In this document: piece by piece, positions 41,509-54,166 of the stretch
Layout: the number at the start of each line of letters is the position of its first letter
Numbering within the stretch: the stretch's first letter is position 1
Assembly (NCBI RefSeq): GCF_009914755.1
Contig: NC_060946.1
Origin: the human T2T-CHM13v2.0 reference genome, Homo sapiens
DNA: 64,000 bases
Direction: 5' to 3' (one strand)
Translations under genes and position numbers: made by a program
Notes under the pieces: generated by a model
Told to the model about the DNA's origin: nothing
The model's input: the letters and a program-made list of their open reading frames with translations, nothing else
The model's database searches: none

Positions 41509-42439
41509 TCATGACCTTCTCCTAGGGTGTAATGTAACTTTAATATGAAAAAGTATGCTGAAACAGCTGGCATCTGATAAGGACAAACATATAGTGGCCT
41601 TCAGCAGTGTTTGGAGAGTGGATGAGCCAATGGTTAAACAAATGGGCGGAGGCATGTTTGGCAGGAGAGCCAGTATCACATGCAATTGGTCTCCCATCTT
41701 TCTGTGGGATCACCTACCAGGTTCATCTGAAGCTTAGGGAGACTCAAAGAGCCCCAGACACCGAGACATCGCTCTAAGATCCTGTAGCCATGCAGAGCTG
41801 ACTTTTCCTCTGGAAACAGTATAATGATCATAATGAGAATGAAGACACAGACCTCATTTCTATGGTTAATTAGAAAGATATCTCCACGACTAGCGGGCAT
41901 TTTCTGGTTTCTGCTGAAGAGCCTGTTCTGCTCTGCATATCTGTGCAATATCCAAGCTGGGGTATGGACCCTGGGAGAGGAGAGACCCGGAGAAGATGAA
42001 AGGATGAGGGTGGAAACAGAATGGTTTCACCTGCAAAGCGCAACTCACATATTTGCTACTGGAACATGCTGAGGGCTGGGGAGGTGTGGATGTTTTATGT
42101 AAGTCTACACAGCATTACTGTAGTGATTTAGGAAAAGGCTCTTTTATGAGAAAATGGCTAAGATATCTGAATTCAGCTCTTGCACAAGCAGGATAGAACC
42201 CGCAGGCTGCAGTCAAAAGGGACATTTTATTTTTCCCATGAAAGCAAACATTTCCTATTCAACAGAAAGACAAGCACACCCAGACTCTGCCAGGTGGAAA
42301 TTTAAGATTGGGTGAGGGTGATTTTCCTCAGCCTCCTGCAATGAAGACAGGCTCAGGGCTATTGCAAGTCTCCCACCTAGAGCAATTAGCAGCCGCATTA
42401 ATGTGATGCAGAGGGGCAGCTGCACTTGGAGGTAGGAAT

Positions 42440-42828
42440 GGGGAGATACGGGTGGGATGGCGAGGTGCAGGTGGGACAGGGAGATACAGGTGGGATGGAG
42501 AGGTACAGATGGGAGGAGGGGATTCAGGTGGGTTGGGGAGATGCAGGTGGGATGGGGAGATGCAGGTGGGATGGGGAGGTGCAGGCGGGATGGGGAGATG
42601 CAGGCGGGATGGGGAGGTACAGGAGGGTTGGGGAGGTGCAGGCGGGATGGGGAGGTGCAGGTGGGTTGGGGAGTTGCAGGTGCGGTGGGGAGGTGCAGGC
42701 GGGGTGGGGAGGTGCAGGCAGGGTGGGGAGGTGCAGGCGGGGTGGGGAGGTGCAGGTGGGATGGACAGGTCCATGTGGGATGGGGAGATTCAGGTGAGAT
42801 GTGTAGGTACAGGTGGGATTGGGAGGTA
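42440..42828. repeat. 19-bp G-rich minisatellite (gcaggtgggatggggag(a/g)t), about 20 units
   Basis: Directly visible; source of the Pro/His- and Gly-rich spurious ORFs. Confidence 0.93.
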
Positions 42829-43111
42829 TAGCTAAGCATCTCCTCTGGCATATCAGGCCCTGCCTCATTTGCCGGACTCAGAAGGGGCTTCTGGGGTCTG
42901 GACTGGACAGAATCCTTTTCCCAGCCCAAAGCCTGTCCTGACCAGGGCAAAGAGCCCACTCTGTGGATCAGGCCTAGTGAGGAGGATCTGGACTCTGTCC
43001 TGCAGTGAGCAGCCAGCGTGCTTGGAATTTGGTGCAGGACAGGAGACTTCACCAAGGGCAAACTCAGGCCCAAGACTATCCCCCTGGGCAGGAGAATAAC
43101 GCAGCAGCCCT

Positions 43112-43202
43112 CAGCCAGTGTCTCCTCCTCAGCCAGTGTCTCCCAGGTCCATCCGCGCAGCCAGTGTCTCCTCCTCAGCCAGTGTCTCCCAGGTCCATCT
43201 GC
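43112..43202. repeat. 46-bp tandem duplication with an internal 18-bp repeat
   Basis: cagccagtgtctcctcctcagccagtgtctcccaggtccatc at 43112 and 43158. Confidence 0.9.
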
Positions 43203-44519
43203 AACTCCAGGGTGTCTGTCTAGGACCAGCTTGCTGCTTGACTGTGATATTTCATTTGCTTTTATTTGTTCAGGAAACGGGATGAGAGCTCCAGTTCTCT
43301 CCTCCCATGCCTGGAAGGATCGGAGAAACCTGTAGCCCCACATCCCAGGAGTATGTGGAAGCAGAGGATGTTGTGAGGGTTATCTGGCCAAAGGGCTCTC
43401 ACCCCTGCTGACCTGGCTGCAGCCCGGCCTGCAGGAGCCCCTCCTCCCTGCCCCCTGCCATCTGGAGCTGCAGAACAGGCTCTGGGTCCTGCCTGAGGCA
43501 TCTGCTGAGCCCCCCACCTGCCCATCAGGCTGCAACTCAGCCAGAGCGAATACCACCCCTGCCCCTCCATGCCTGCAGCCACCTGGCAGCCCCTCCTTGC
43601 TGCCAGCTTCACGCCAGGTGACCACCCTGCCACTCCTGCTGCCTGGATGTACCAGGAAGAATCTGCTTGCTTCTTTCTAGTCTCACTGTCTGTGGGGTCC
43701 CCTTGCAATGAGGGCCCCAGGGCAGGCATGCCTTAGGCTGGGGTAACAGAGACATGGGCGTCTTCCTGACGCATCCCCATTGCCTCGGGGAAAGGAACTC
43801 CCTTTACCCCCAACAGCCCTCTCTGGCCCTGGGATTCTTTCAAAATCAGACCAAACAGGGCTGCCATTTCCATCCTAAGGCCCCTTCCCTGTCGCAGTGC
43901 TGGCGTTGGTGCTGGGGGAGTGAAGGTGAGCGGCCGGTATGCTGGGGTATAGGTGGGGCTGAGAGTGCTGAAAGGTGCAGGTGACATTCGCCAATAGCTG
44001 CAAAGGCTGGGGGTGGCGCTTGCACTCTGGGAAGGTCAGGAGGGGCCCCTGGGAGAGGTCACACATGAGCAAGATGGCAAAGCACTATTTGGAGCACACA
44101 GGAGAAGGCACCGGAGGACTCGTGGCTTCCAGGCACCCTGAGTTCAAATCCTGACAGCCTCTGTGTGGAGGAGCTGGCTCCCATGGGCTCCAGTGTGGCC
44201 TGCTTCCCTGTTTGTTTAGTGAACGCCTTAACAAAAAAGGTTTTAGGGGGTGCCTCACCCTTTAAAATTGACAGGACCACAAATCACCCCACACACAATT
44301 GTGTGTGTGTGCGGCCCGCCAGGTGGGGAGGGCAGGGCCTTCCTGTGGTCAGGTTCCCAGAGAAGCGCTTCCAGTAGGGGCCACCAGGCATGGCCCCTCT
44401 GCCCCACCTTGATCATGTTCACGCTTACATCTCAAATGCACGTGTCTGCTACATCTTTCATTGTCTTTTAAGTCAATTGGGAAAAAGCAAAACAGAACTC
44501 CCTAATTCAACCTCAAAGT

Positions 44520-45130
44520 TAACGCATCCATGTGAACTAAAGAAGAAAACGTGATTTTCATCTATCACAAGAATAAAGAACTGAAACACTGATCATATTA
44601 AAAGGGGTGTGGGGGAATTGGGCACTCTTTCATTTTTGGGGTGAGATCATTAACTGGAAAATGGTTATAAAGAGGAATTTGACAGCACACATCACCTATA
44701 AACATTGTAAGATGCTTCATTTTGAAAAGTCTGTTTTATAGACACAAAGTGCTCAGAAGTTACTGCATAAGCATGTTCCCAGTGATGCTGTTTTTAACAG
44801 AAAAAAATGAAAAAAGAAATATGGATGATGAAAATGGCTGAATGAGGAAGTGGTATTGTGTGAGCAGGAAAGGGGAGCAGGTGCATCTATTTGCAGTGAC
44901 CCACAGACACATCTGGTTTCTGCAGGAAACGAAAGCCAACTGATATGATGGTTTCGTTTTGATGCCACTTTATTTTTTTTAAAGTGTATGTGTTAATATG
45001 TGAACAGAAGAAAAGCCACATACCTACGTGTTAACAATAATTACTTCCGGGAATGTATATAAAGTGTGAATTTCTGCATTGTTTGCATGTTTTATCAAAT
45101 GTTACTTCTTTTATAATTAAAAAACAAACC
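44520..45130 (+). mobile_element. Highly decayed L1ME-type 3' fragment
   Basis: ggggtgtgggggaattgggcactct...gaatttgacag; 3' end tacttcttttataattaaaaaacaa. Confidence 0.5.
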
Positions 45131-45235
45131 TGAAAAAAACTCCATGCTGAGGTAAACACTGTCTGCTGGTTTGGGTAATCAAGTAAGAGAGTAGTTTGTC
45201 TTTATCTAATTTGCTTAAAACGTGAACAACTTGAG

Positions 45236-45470
45236 GAATAGCTCACACTTCCATTGCACATTCTCCGCCAGGAAATGCTGAAAGCGCTTTGCACATATTA
45301 ACTCACTCAATCCTCAGAGCCGCTTTATGAGGTATGTGCTGTCATGATCCTCACTTTAACAAATGGGAAATATGAGGTGCAGAAAGGGCAAGAAACTTTC
45401 CCCAAAGCTCACGAGAGGTGCGGCACGGATTTGAAATTAGGGTGTCAGCTCGAGACGCCAAGCTTCAACT
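45236..45470 (-). mobile_element. MIR
   Basis: gcgctttgcacatattaactcactcaatcctca...cactttaacaaatgggaaatatgaggtgcaga...cccaaagctcac. Confidence 0.85.
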
Positions 45471-46747
45471 CCCACCCCACCGGGGCCCTCCCCAGAGCCT
45501 CCATGTCTCCCTGCCGTTGCCGGGCACCTCGTCCAGGGTGCCTTCCTGTTCCCCACTGCTCAACCTCCCCAACCTCCCCAGCCCTTACTGCCAATATCCT
45601 CAGAGGGCTGGGGAGCCCAATAACAGCACCCCCCAGGTGTGATCAGAGGACAGCGGGCAGAAAGCACTGGAATGGGCTTAAACACTAAACAAACCCCAGT
45701 GCCTTTGAAGTACCATGCTCTGGTCACTTGTGTTGGTGAAAGCCGTAGTCCTGAGGCCACCTGCCCTCTCCCAGAACTGAAGAGCTGGCACCCATGAAGG
45801 GCCAGGCTGACCCCACTCCCCATGCAGCCGCAAGCCAGGACTGCAGCAATGCAGAGAGCAGAGACCACCAGGATGGCCCCTGGCTGGGCCCCCAAATGAC
45901 CTGCGGGCAGGCTGTGCTCACAGGAGGCTGCGTGTCTGCTGGAGTCCGCACCTGCCAGCCTGGCTCTGCATCTGGAAGCCTTACAGGAGCACCTCAGAGC
46001 CGAGCTTCGAGGCCTTGCTGCAGTCAGATGGGGAATACACGGCCCACCTGCTCCCCAAGCAGCCTGCCCTGCCATGCTGCCCTGTGGGTCTGGGGTACCA
46101 CTGGATGAGCTCTGGTGACAACAAGGTGAATCATGCCTTCCTTGGAGCAGTGAGAGCCCTTCCAATTATCACGTTTCCAGAGAAAAATGAAAATCTAAAT
46201 TGAAATCCTCTTTCTCTTGCAAGTTTCAGCTCAGCTGCCGACTCCGCTCTGGAAGCCCGAGGGGCTCCCGGGGGCTCAGGCTTCCTTCCGCAGCAGCCAC
46301 CCTTGCTGGGGCTGCTTCCTCCCAGAAGGTCACGGCTCTGCGGTGTCTTGTTGGTCATCTGTCCTGTGTCCAGCACTGACACTGCTGCAGCTGTGAGCCT
46401 TCCCCAGGGCTCGGCCAGTTGAACCCAGGAGGAGGCAGATCCATCCAGCTGCTCAGAGGCCCAGGGTGGCCTCTTTGGGAAGGAGCTGCTCTGTGCAGAG
46501 CTGGGCCTCTGAAGATCTGGGATCCTCCAGGCCTGGGGTAATGAAAGCCCTTCATTGATGGCCAAACCTTCCCTCCACCAGGGCAATATGTCCCACACAT
46601 CACTGTCCCTTCCTTGTCACCTTCCTCCCTGGAGCTGACCCAGTTATGGGCTTGAAAATATTAATCTACTTCTTTGGGTGACTCCAATCTGTCTTTACTA
46701 TAAGTCAGGAAACTGAGTGCTGGACCCCAGAGCCTCCTCTGTCTGCC

Positions 46748-46920
46748 GCCTCCTCCTCCTCTTATTTTCCTCCTCCCCCTTTACCTCTCCCTCCTCCTCC
46801 TTCTCTTCTTCCTTCTTCTCATCCTCTTTTTTCTCTTCCTCATCCTTCTCCCACTTTTCCCCTCCCTTCTGCTCCTCCTCTTACTTTCCTCCTCCTCCCT
46901 CCTTCCCTGTCCCCCTCCCT
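46748..46920. repeat. CT-rich polypyrimidine low-complexity tract
   Basis: Directly visible. Confidence 0.9.
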
Positions 46921-48641
46921 GTCCAGCCACTGGGTTTCCTAACATGCTCATTCTGGTTCTGTCCTGCAGGTGAGAGTTTGGGAGTCCAAGGCTCCGGGAC
47001 CCCAGTGCTCTGTTCCCAAGCTCTGTTCATTTTCCCCTGCATGAGGGAGGGGTCCCCCTGGAGGTCCCCATGTTCCCTGGGCTCCTGCTGTCACTGTCTC
47101 TGTGCTTTTCTGCCCAGAGCGTTGCCCCTCCCTGGATCTCCCTGGGACTCCTGCCCCACCTTTCTCCCAGCTGTGCTCTGTCTGGGTAGGGACTCCCTGC
47201 TCCTCCACCCTGAGAAAGAGGCGGGAAGGTCATCGGTGATGGTGAAGGTGTTTCATTCAGATCTCAAAACCACGCTCCTTCTTGGTAACCGGTGCTGCAG
47301 CTCCTCACATCACCTAAGGGCCCCCTCCAGTGGGCTTGCCCCTGCAGGGGGTCACCTCAGCCGCCATGTCCTGGTAGAGCCGTCCGTCTCCTCTGGCCTG
47401 GCCTCGCTGCCCTCTCCAGCCACCCCACACGCGCCTCCGACAGCCTGGACTCCTGAACACAGTGCGGGTGGTTCTGTCTCATTTTCCTCTTCATTGGGTC
47501 TAATCTGGTCCATAAAATGGCAAGTGTTCTCCTTAGGAATATCTCCTCTTCTTCCAGCTCAATTCAAGGGTTTTAATTTTTCTTTCACTTTCTCACTATT
47601 GGTCCTCAGACAGGAGAGAGGAAACCATCACTCAGGGGATCCTTGAGGCAGAAACCACACCTGTGGGAAAGGGATGTGGGCGGAGAAGGGGAGGAAGGGG
47701 AGGGAGTGGAGGGGAAGAAAGGAGAGGGGAGGGAAGAGCTGAGGGAAGGGAGGGGACATTCTTGACAGGCAAGACACTCTGCCTTCCGGGGGAAGAGTGC
47801 ACAGGTCCCTAGAAGTCTCTCCAGTGCCCTTTGCTCCTCAGGAGAATGGAAGGAGGCCCCTTCTCTCTGGAGCCATGAATCTGAGGACCAAGGCTGTGCC
47901 TGCACCACTCTCTGCAAACATCCTCCAACCATCTCTCTCCAAAATACGCTGGGAACTCCTTCAGCCCAGCCTGTGTTTTAGGTTTTTAAATACATCTTTG
48001 TTTAGGAAATGGTCTGCCATTTTTTGAATATGTTTAATGAAAAGACGAATGAATGAGCCTTGGACATTTGAGGGTGTCAAATAGAACCCAGGTCAACTGA
48101 AAGAATACTCAGTTCTCCAAGGTCAGGCTAGAACTGTCCTCTGGACCCCTCCCCACCAACACCCTTAGTGGGCTTTTGTCCTTCATGGAATGAGACCATC
48201 TCACCTTAAATAAATCTCAAAGTCTATGCTGCGGCTCGATCCAGCAAGTCAGGGCTGCACCAAGGTGGGGTCCCTGAAGTGAGTTCCTGGGATGCCCAGA
48301 CAAAGGCCGGCCATCCTTCAGCCATAGGGAGGAGCTGACCTGGTCCGCATGAGGCTCATAGCTGGCAACTCACTCTATGCTGGGTTGAAGGACACTGGTG
48401 CCCACTGATGGGCTCCGGGGCCACACAGGAACCTGGAGCAGCCCCACAGGTCAGCTGGGCCGTCCTGCCCAGGGCTCTGCCCTCACGCACCTCTGGACCG
48501 GGTCCTGTTCCAGGGTGGGAGATCAGGCCTGAAGGCTTAGGGATTGATGCTGAGGGGCCTGTGTCCCTGGTACACATCCAGCCTGTATGAGCTTGTGTGG
48601 ACAGGAATCCGCAGGGCAGGAGGAAGACTTTCATCCACCTC

Positions 48642-49071
48642 TGTATTAGTCTGTTTTCACGCTGCTGATAAAGACATACCTGAGACTAAGCAATTTACAA
48701 AAGAAAGAGGTTTAATGGACTTACAGTTCCACATGGCTGGGAGGTTTAATGGACTTACAGTTCCACTTCCACTCACATTCATGGTGGAAGGCAAGGAAGA
48801 GCAAGTCACATCTTACGTGGATGGTAATAGGCAAAGAGATTGTTCAGGGAAACTCCCATTTTTAAAATTCAGTCTCCTGAGACTCATTCACTATAATGAG
48901 AACAGCACAGGAAAGACCCACCCCCATAATTCAATCTCCTCCCACCGGGTTCCTCCCATGGCAAGTGGGAATTGTGGGAGCTACAACTCGAGGTGAGATT
49001 TGGGTGGGGACATGGTCAAACCATATCAGGCTCCTGTGAGATTTGGGTGGGGACACAGCCAAATCATATCA
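48642..49071 (-). mobile_element. THE1 (THE1C-like) solo LTR with two internal duplications
   Basis: tgtattagtctgttttcacgctgctgataaagacatacctgagact...gagcaagtcacatcttacgtggatgg...gggacacagccaaatcatatca; TSD acctc/gcctc. Confidence 0.93.
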
Positions 49072-49569
49072 GCCTCCCAGTGTCACACAGGAACCTGAAC
49101 CTTCACCTTCCAGGGGTATTGGAAGGAATCCTCCACCCTCCCCTCTGCCCACCCACTTCTCCCAGGGAAGAGGCGTGGATTCAGTGAACACACTCCATGG
49201 CGCCCAGGTGGCTCCGAGCTGCTGGGCTCTCCCTGTCTGGCCTCCCAGGGCCACAGTGGACCTTGGCCCCGACCCTCTGTGCCTGGCCTAGTGGAGCTCA
49301 TTCTGCCCCTGGAAGGAGCCCCCACCCTGCCATTTTCCAGATGCTGCATTTATTTGGGATGAAGCTGTAGCAAGGTCCTCCATCCAACCTGAGTACTGCA
49401 TGGCTCAGGGCACAGTGCAGATGTTGTGACTCTGGTCTTTCACTTTCTACTTCTCGTTTGGATCCTGACTCAGAGAGGGTGAGGTGCTCCATTCCCCCCG
49501 GCCTCTCCAGGTCCCAACACACACACTTCCTCCATTTCCACGTGTCTCACGTAGTTCTCGTCTTGGCCT

Positions 49570-49715
49570 CAAGAGAAGAGCTCTGAAAGTGGAATTCCAC
49601 AGACCCTGGAGAGCTAACATGGGCCATTCTGGGCATGCTCCGGCTCTTCCAGCCTCAGCCTTTCCATCTGTAAAATGAAGGTTTGGACGGGAGGCTCCGT
49701 CTGCATTGGGGGAAG
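49570..49715 (+). mobile_element. MIR-family fragment
   Basis: gcctcagcctttccatctgtaaaatgaagg. Confidence 0.6.
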
Positions 49716-49749
49716 GGGTCCTCTGGAGACGCAACAGATGGCTTAGCCT

Positions 49750-50640
49750 CTGCCCATCATTGCCAGCAACAGGGCTCGCTCCCCAGGAGGCAGCTCATGC
49801 CACAGCTAACTGCTCTTGTCAGAAAAGCTGTCCTTCCATTCAGCCAAAAATCTGCCTCGCTGTCTCTCCACCCAGTGGACCTGTGTCCCCAGTACACATC
49901 CAGCCTGTTCGAGCTCGTGAGGATGTTTTTCTGCAGGACAGGAGAAAGATCTTCATCCACATGGGAGTGTTCTTCTTCCAGAGTCATTAGAAGCCTCTTT
50001 CCCAGCAGAGGCGCTGAGAGGGTGGAGGACTGCTCTGAGCTTCCAACAGCCTGTCGCCCTCCGTCTGACCTGCACGTTTCCAACACACACTTGGCACTGG
50101 TTACTCTGCTCTGGATGTGTTCCTCGTGGTCAGCATCCACTGAAAGGGAGTGTAACCCCGGACGCGGTTGCAATCCTGCAATCCTGCAGTGGGTGCACTT
50201 TGCCCTTTCCCAGGCTGGCCCCTCTGTAGGGGGCTGGGGTCCCTCGCGTGCGGGGCAGCCCGTCTGATGATCTGGGCTCAGGGCTGGGGCCAGCAACACC
50301 CGCAGGTGTACACGGCATGAATCACAAACCGTTTTGTTTACCTGCGGTTGGTTTTTGTTTTAATCCAGGGAACAAGCAGGGCTTCACTTTTAACCCTACT
50401 CAATTCCATCTTGTTCACTTCAGTCCATTGTTTCGGCCTGTCAAGAGGTCTTTTCTGTCTGGACAATTTCCTCCACCACATTAGCCTCCCCTGTGAGCTT
50501 TGATCTGCACATTTGACAAGCAGGTCTGTTACAGCTCATCCAAGTCATTGATAGAAACGGACCAGGATGGGGAGTGGACAGGTGCCACTGGAGACTTCCC
50601 TCCAACTTGACATTGATCCATTAATCAATATGCTCCACAG
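49750..50640 (-). mobile_element. L3/CR1 LINE, RT region to 3' end, decayed
   Basis: ORF 50545-50838(-) contains LINGSMSSWREVSSG, similar to the CR1 RT motif (V/L)INGSxSxWxxVxSGVPQGS; tcatccaagtcattgata matches the IND-LD region. Confidence 0.8.
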
Positions 50641-51183
50641 CTCTGCCACTCCCTGACAGCTACAGCCTCTCTTCCAGGGTTCTCCATGGGGCCCATGGTA
50701 ACAGAGTGGGGACTCCACACAACTCCCCTGTTGCCTGGGTGGGGAGTCTACCAGAAGTCTCAGGGTCCCGAGGAACGTGTATTCCTGGGCTGCACCCTTC
50801 TGAAAACCACAGTGGCCTGCCGTCTTCACGGGCACCACGCTGTTGTGGGTCCTGGTTACCCTCTGCCCGCTGACATCCTCTATCTATCGCTGTGTTGGCT
50901 TGGAGCTCTTCAAACCCTTCCAAGCAGCATCCCTGATGCCGCCAGCAGAGCCAGGGCTACTTCTCCTTGGCTGCACTTGGCTCATCTGGCGTCCAGATGC
51001 CCCTTGCTGCAGGCTGCACACCCTATGTGCAGGTGCCCAGGACGCCTGGGCGGAGGCTCCATGTCGTACTCATTCTCTGTCTCACCCTCCCCACGTCCAG
51101 CGTGGAGCCCTTCGTAGACACTCAATAAACATGAGCGTATGGACTGACCAAATCTTTCCATTCTCAAATGCATCTCGCAGGGC

Positions 51184-51514
51184 AGGGGTCGATACAGATG
51201 GCTTGTGTGGCCAAATGTGGCCCTGCTGCCTGCTTTTGCAGGGTCTGTGAGCTAAGACGTTTTAAAAAACATTTTTAAATAGGAAAAAATTTAAACATAC
51301 CACTTCATGATACATGGCAATGATATGAAATTCAAATTTCAGTGTCTATAAATAAAGTCCCACTGGAACGCAGCCACGCTCTGCACTGACGTGTCACCCA
51401 CGGCTACCCCCACACTGCCGCAGCTGAATCGGGGAGTTGAGGCCGACACTGCATGGTTCACAAACCCGAAAATAGGTGCTCACTTGCCCTGTACGTACGT
51501 TTGCTGATTCCCCG
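51184..51514. mobile_element. MER58B-like hAT MITE
   Basis: caggggtcg...ggccaaatgtggcc...gtgagctaaga...tatgaaattcaaatttcagtgtctataaataaagt...ctggaacgcagccacgc...gtttgctgattcccc. Confidence 0.85.
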
Positions 51515-51567
51515 CTTGGAGGGAAATGGGTCTGCTTAGGACAGAAGAAACATCCACAGGCGAAATG

Positions 51568-52050
51568 CATTCATTTATTCAAGAAATATTGATTTGCAGC
51601 CAGCCTGCGGGAGGCGAGATGCTAGGTGGGGGCAATTTGGTAGGAATCTGGAGAGAAAAGGCCCTGCTCTCGCTGACATCAGAGTGAGTTAGGAGAAACA
51701 AAAAGCAAGGAAAGAAACAAAAATAATTCCGTATGATGAAAAAATGGTGTAAAATCCCAGGGAGGGGCAGCAGAGCCCCAGGACAGGGGGACAGTGGAGA
51801 AGACCTCAGAAGGGGGGCAGCCTAGGGGCGGGGGGAGAGGAAAGATGGGGCAGGTGGGCTGGGTGTGAGGTTCTTGGGGCAGGTGCAGCAGGGAGAGAGG
51901 CCGGGACAGATGGATGAGGCCCTGGCAGGCAAAGGGCTGGGCGTTGCTCCAGCGGGACCAGAGGGCTTTAAACAGGGACGCGCCACCATGGGATTTGCAT
52001 CCTGAGAAGAGCTGGGAAGACCCACAGGCAAGCACCAAGCCTTGGGTGGT
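51568..52050 (-). mobile_element. L2 3' fragment
   Basis: cattcatttattcaagaaatattg...ccctgctctc...gaagacctcaga. Confidence 0.55.
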
Positions 52051-52147
52051 GACACAGGAGAGGGCGACATAGCCTCTGTCTCCAAAGAGCTCTTGTGTTT
52101 GCAACGTGAGCTCTCGGAAATGTTAGGTCCTGGGGGCCAGAAGCAGG

Positions 52148-52174
52148 GTTTTTTTTTTTTTTTTTTTTTTTTTT
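52148..52174. repeat. Poly(T) tract of about 27 nt
   Basis: Directly visible. Confidence 0.95.
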
Positions 52175-52379
52175 CATAGAGACAAAAAATAATTTGCTGC
52201 CTTGCTCATGTGTTCCTCCATCCCCCCGTTTACCCTTCCTTTCTCCCTCCCTCCTTTCATCAGACTGTACCCAGCGCTGGGGGTCCAGGGCACACACACA
52301 CCCACATCCCTCTGCTCTCCCTGCTTTCAGCCCCTGAGTCTCTGGGAGCCTCCCTGTCACCCCGCAAAGTAGCACTGCA

Positions 52380-52570
52380 CTTGCTCATCCCTTTTCTCTC
52401 TTTTTCAGGAAAGCTCATCATCATACTGTTTACCTATTTCTGTTGTTTGTTTGGTCTCTCTCTCCCTACAGTTTCACTAGGATAAGGAATATTTCTCTTT
52501 TCTTCATAGCTGAATCTCCAGTGCCTAGAACCCAGAGCAGGCGCTCTGGAAAGATTATGAAATAAATTGA
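52380..52570 (+). mobile_element. L2 3' fragment
   Basis: ttgtttggtctctctctccc...ttcatagctgaatctccagtgcctagaac. Confidence 0.6.
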
Positions 52571-53065
52571 TGTAACCCTTGATTACAAGAATAGCTGAGA
52601 GAAAACTGAATGAATGGTGCCTGCAATGTCTCTTCCATGGCTAACACCTTTCGCCCATGTGGAGTCTGCCCTACTTCAGGAGATTCACAATGGACGGGAC
52701 GCATTCTGCTTTCAAAGCACAGTACCTGCCCCTGACGTTCAAAGCCCGCGTTCTCCAGGTTTCTGATGTCCTGTTCTCCTTCTCTTCATGTGTTTGCTTT
52801 TCAAGCTGGCTTGGTTGGTGTTTCTCACTGCGGTTAACAGGGAATCCTGTGCAGCCGAGAATCTGCCCTGTCAGGTCCTCAATAGAGGGTGCACATGCCT
52901 CATAGATTCCCCCCAAACTCTCAGCACAGCCCCCAGGTCTGGTCCTTCGCGGGCTCTGGCCACTCTGCCTCGGCTCTGACATGCCAGCTACAGAGGCCAG
53001 CTCTCCTACAGCAGCTCATGCCACTTCTGGCTCTAGGCATCCGGCCTGTCCTCAGTGCACAGTGT

Positions 53066-53478
53066 GTGTGTCAGGCCATCCTGGCATTGCTGTAAAGAAA
53101 TACCTGAGCCTGGGTAATTTATAAGAAAAGAGGTTTCCATGGCTCACAGTTCTGCAGGCTGTACAGGAGGCATGGTGCTGGCATCTGCTCAGCTTCTAGA
53201 GAAGCTTCAGGAAGTTTCCAATCATGGTGGAAGGCAAAGGGGGAGCAGGCATGTCACATGGAGGAAGCAGGAGAGAGAGTTAGGGGGATGCCATGCACTT
53301 TTACATGACCAGATTTCGTGCAAACTCAGAGCTCACTCATCACTAAGGGGGTGGATGGCCCAAGCCATTCTGGAGGGATCCCCCCATGGTCCAATACCTG
53401 CCACTGCCCCCCCCCGCAACACTGGGAAATACATTTCAACATGAGACTTGGGTGGGGACAAATATGCATCCTATATCA
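53066..53478 (-). mobile_element. MST (MSTB-like) solo LTR
   Basis: gcattgctgtaaagaaatacctgag...ggctcacagttctgcaggctgtacagg...catttcaacatgagacttgggtggggacaaat. Confidence 0.92.
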
Positions 53479-54166
53479 GTGTCCACAGAGTTTCGTTCTG
53501 CACCTGAAGAGGCTCCTCTCAGATGCTGCCTTCAAAGCGGCAGGCGTCCCTTGCCATTTCTTCTGCCCCAGGTCCAGGCCAGCCATAGGCAGGTCTTTCT
53601 GGGTGTTCCCAGGCAAGAGCCCACCTGAGGCTGTCCATGGTTCCCCACACGCTAGCCCAGGATGAGGCTCCCTCACCCAATTCTCAGATGTCCAGATCCC
53701 TTTCAAATAAGTCTACTCCCAATTCTCTGCTCTTACAGATCCTGCATCTGGCTTTTGCCTCAGTCCACCAAAGTGAGGACCTCCACATGACCATCATGAG
53801 GCATTCTCATGAAGAAGATCCAGGCAAATTCTGGGAGAGACCAAGAGACGTAATTAGATCTGCAGAGGAGCGCTTCTGTGTCAGTGGGGTTAGGACCTCC
53901 AAAAACCTACACCTCCATAAAAGCAATGAGAACACTGGAAAAATCTGCCAAAATCAACTTTGTTTTCAGAACTCTACACATGAAACAAAGCCCCAAAGCA
54001 ACCCAAGAAGCATCTTTGTGTTTTTTTCAGAAAAAAAATGGCTGACTCTCAGTAATAACAGGGAGCTCTGTGGTGTTTTGACTCACACTATTTCCACCTC
54101 CCCCTCTGCATTTCCACCAACAGCTTTAATTGTGAGGCTTTAAAAACCAACAGCCTCACATCAAGG

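Noticed and set aside
42255-43343. Longest ORF (362 aa, minus strand, Pro/His-rich)
   Set aside because: It is a translation of the 19-bp minisatellite and 46-bp duplication, with no recognisable domain or exon context.
44369-44387. CTCF-like motif ccagtaggggccac (similar partial matches near 21445 and 47340)
   Set aside because: Imperfect matches of this kind are expected by chance in GC-rich DNA; needs a PWM scan and ChIP data.
46717-47646. 309-aa ORF
   Set aside because: It runs through a stop-poor CT-rich tract, starts at a non-ATG codon and resembles no known protein.
52148-52174. Isolated poly(T) as the tail of a processed pseudogene or orphan retrocopy
   Set aside because: No convincing TSD or recognisable retrocopied body next to it.
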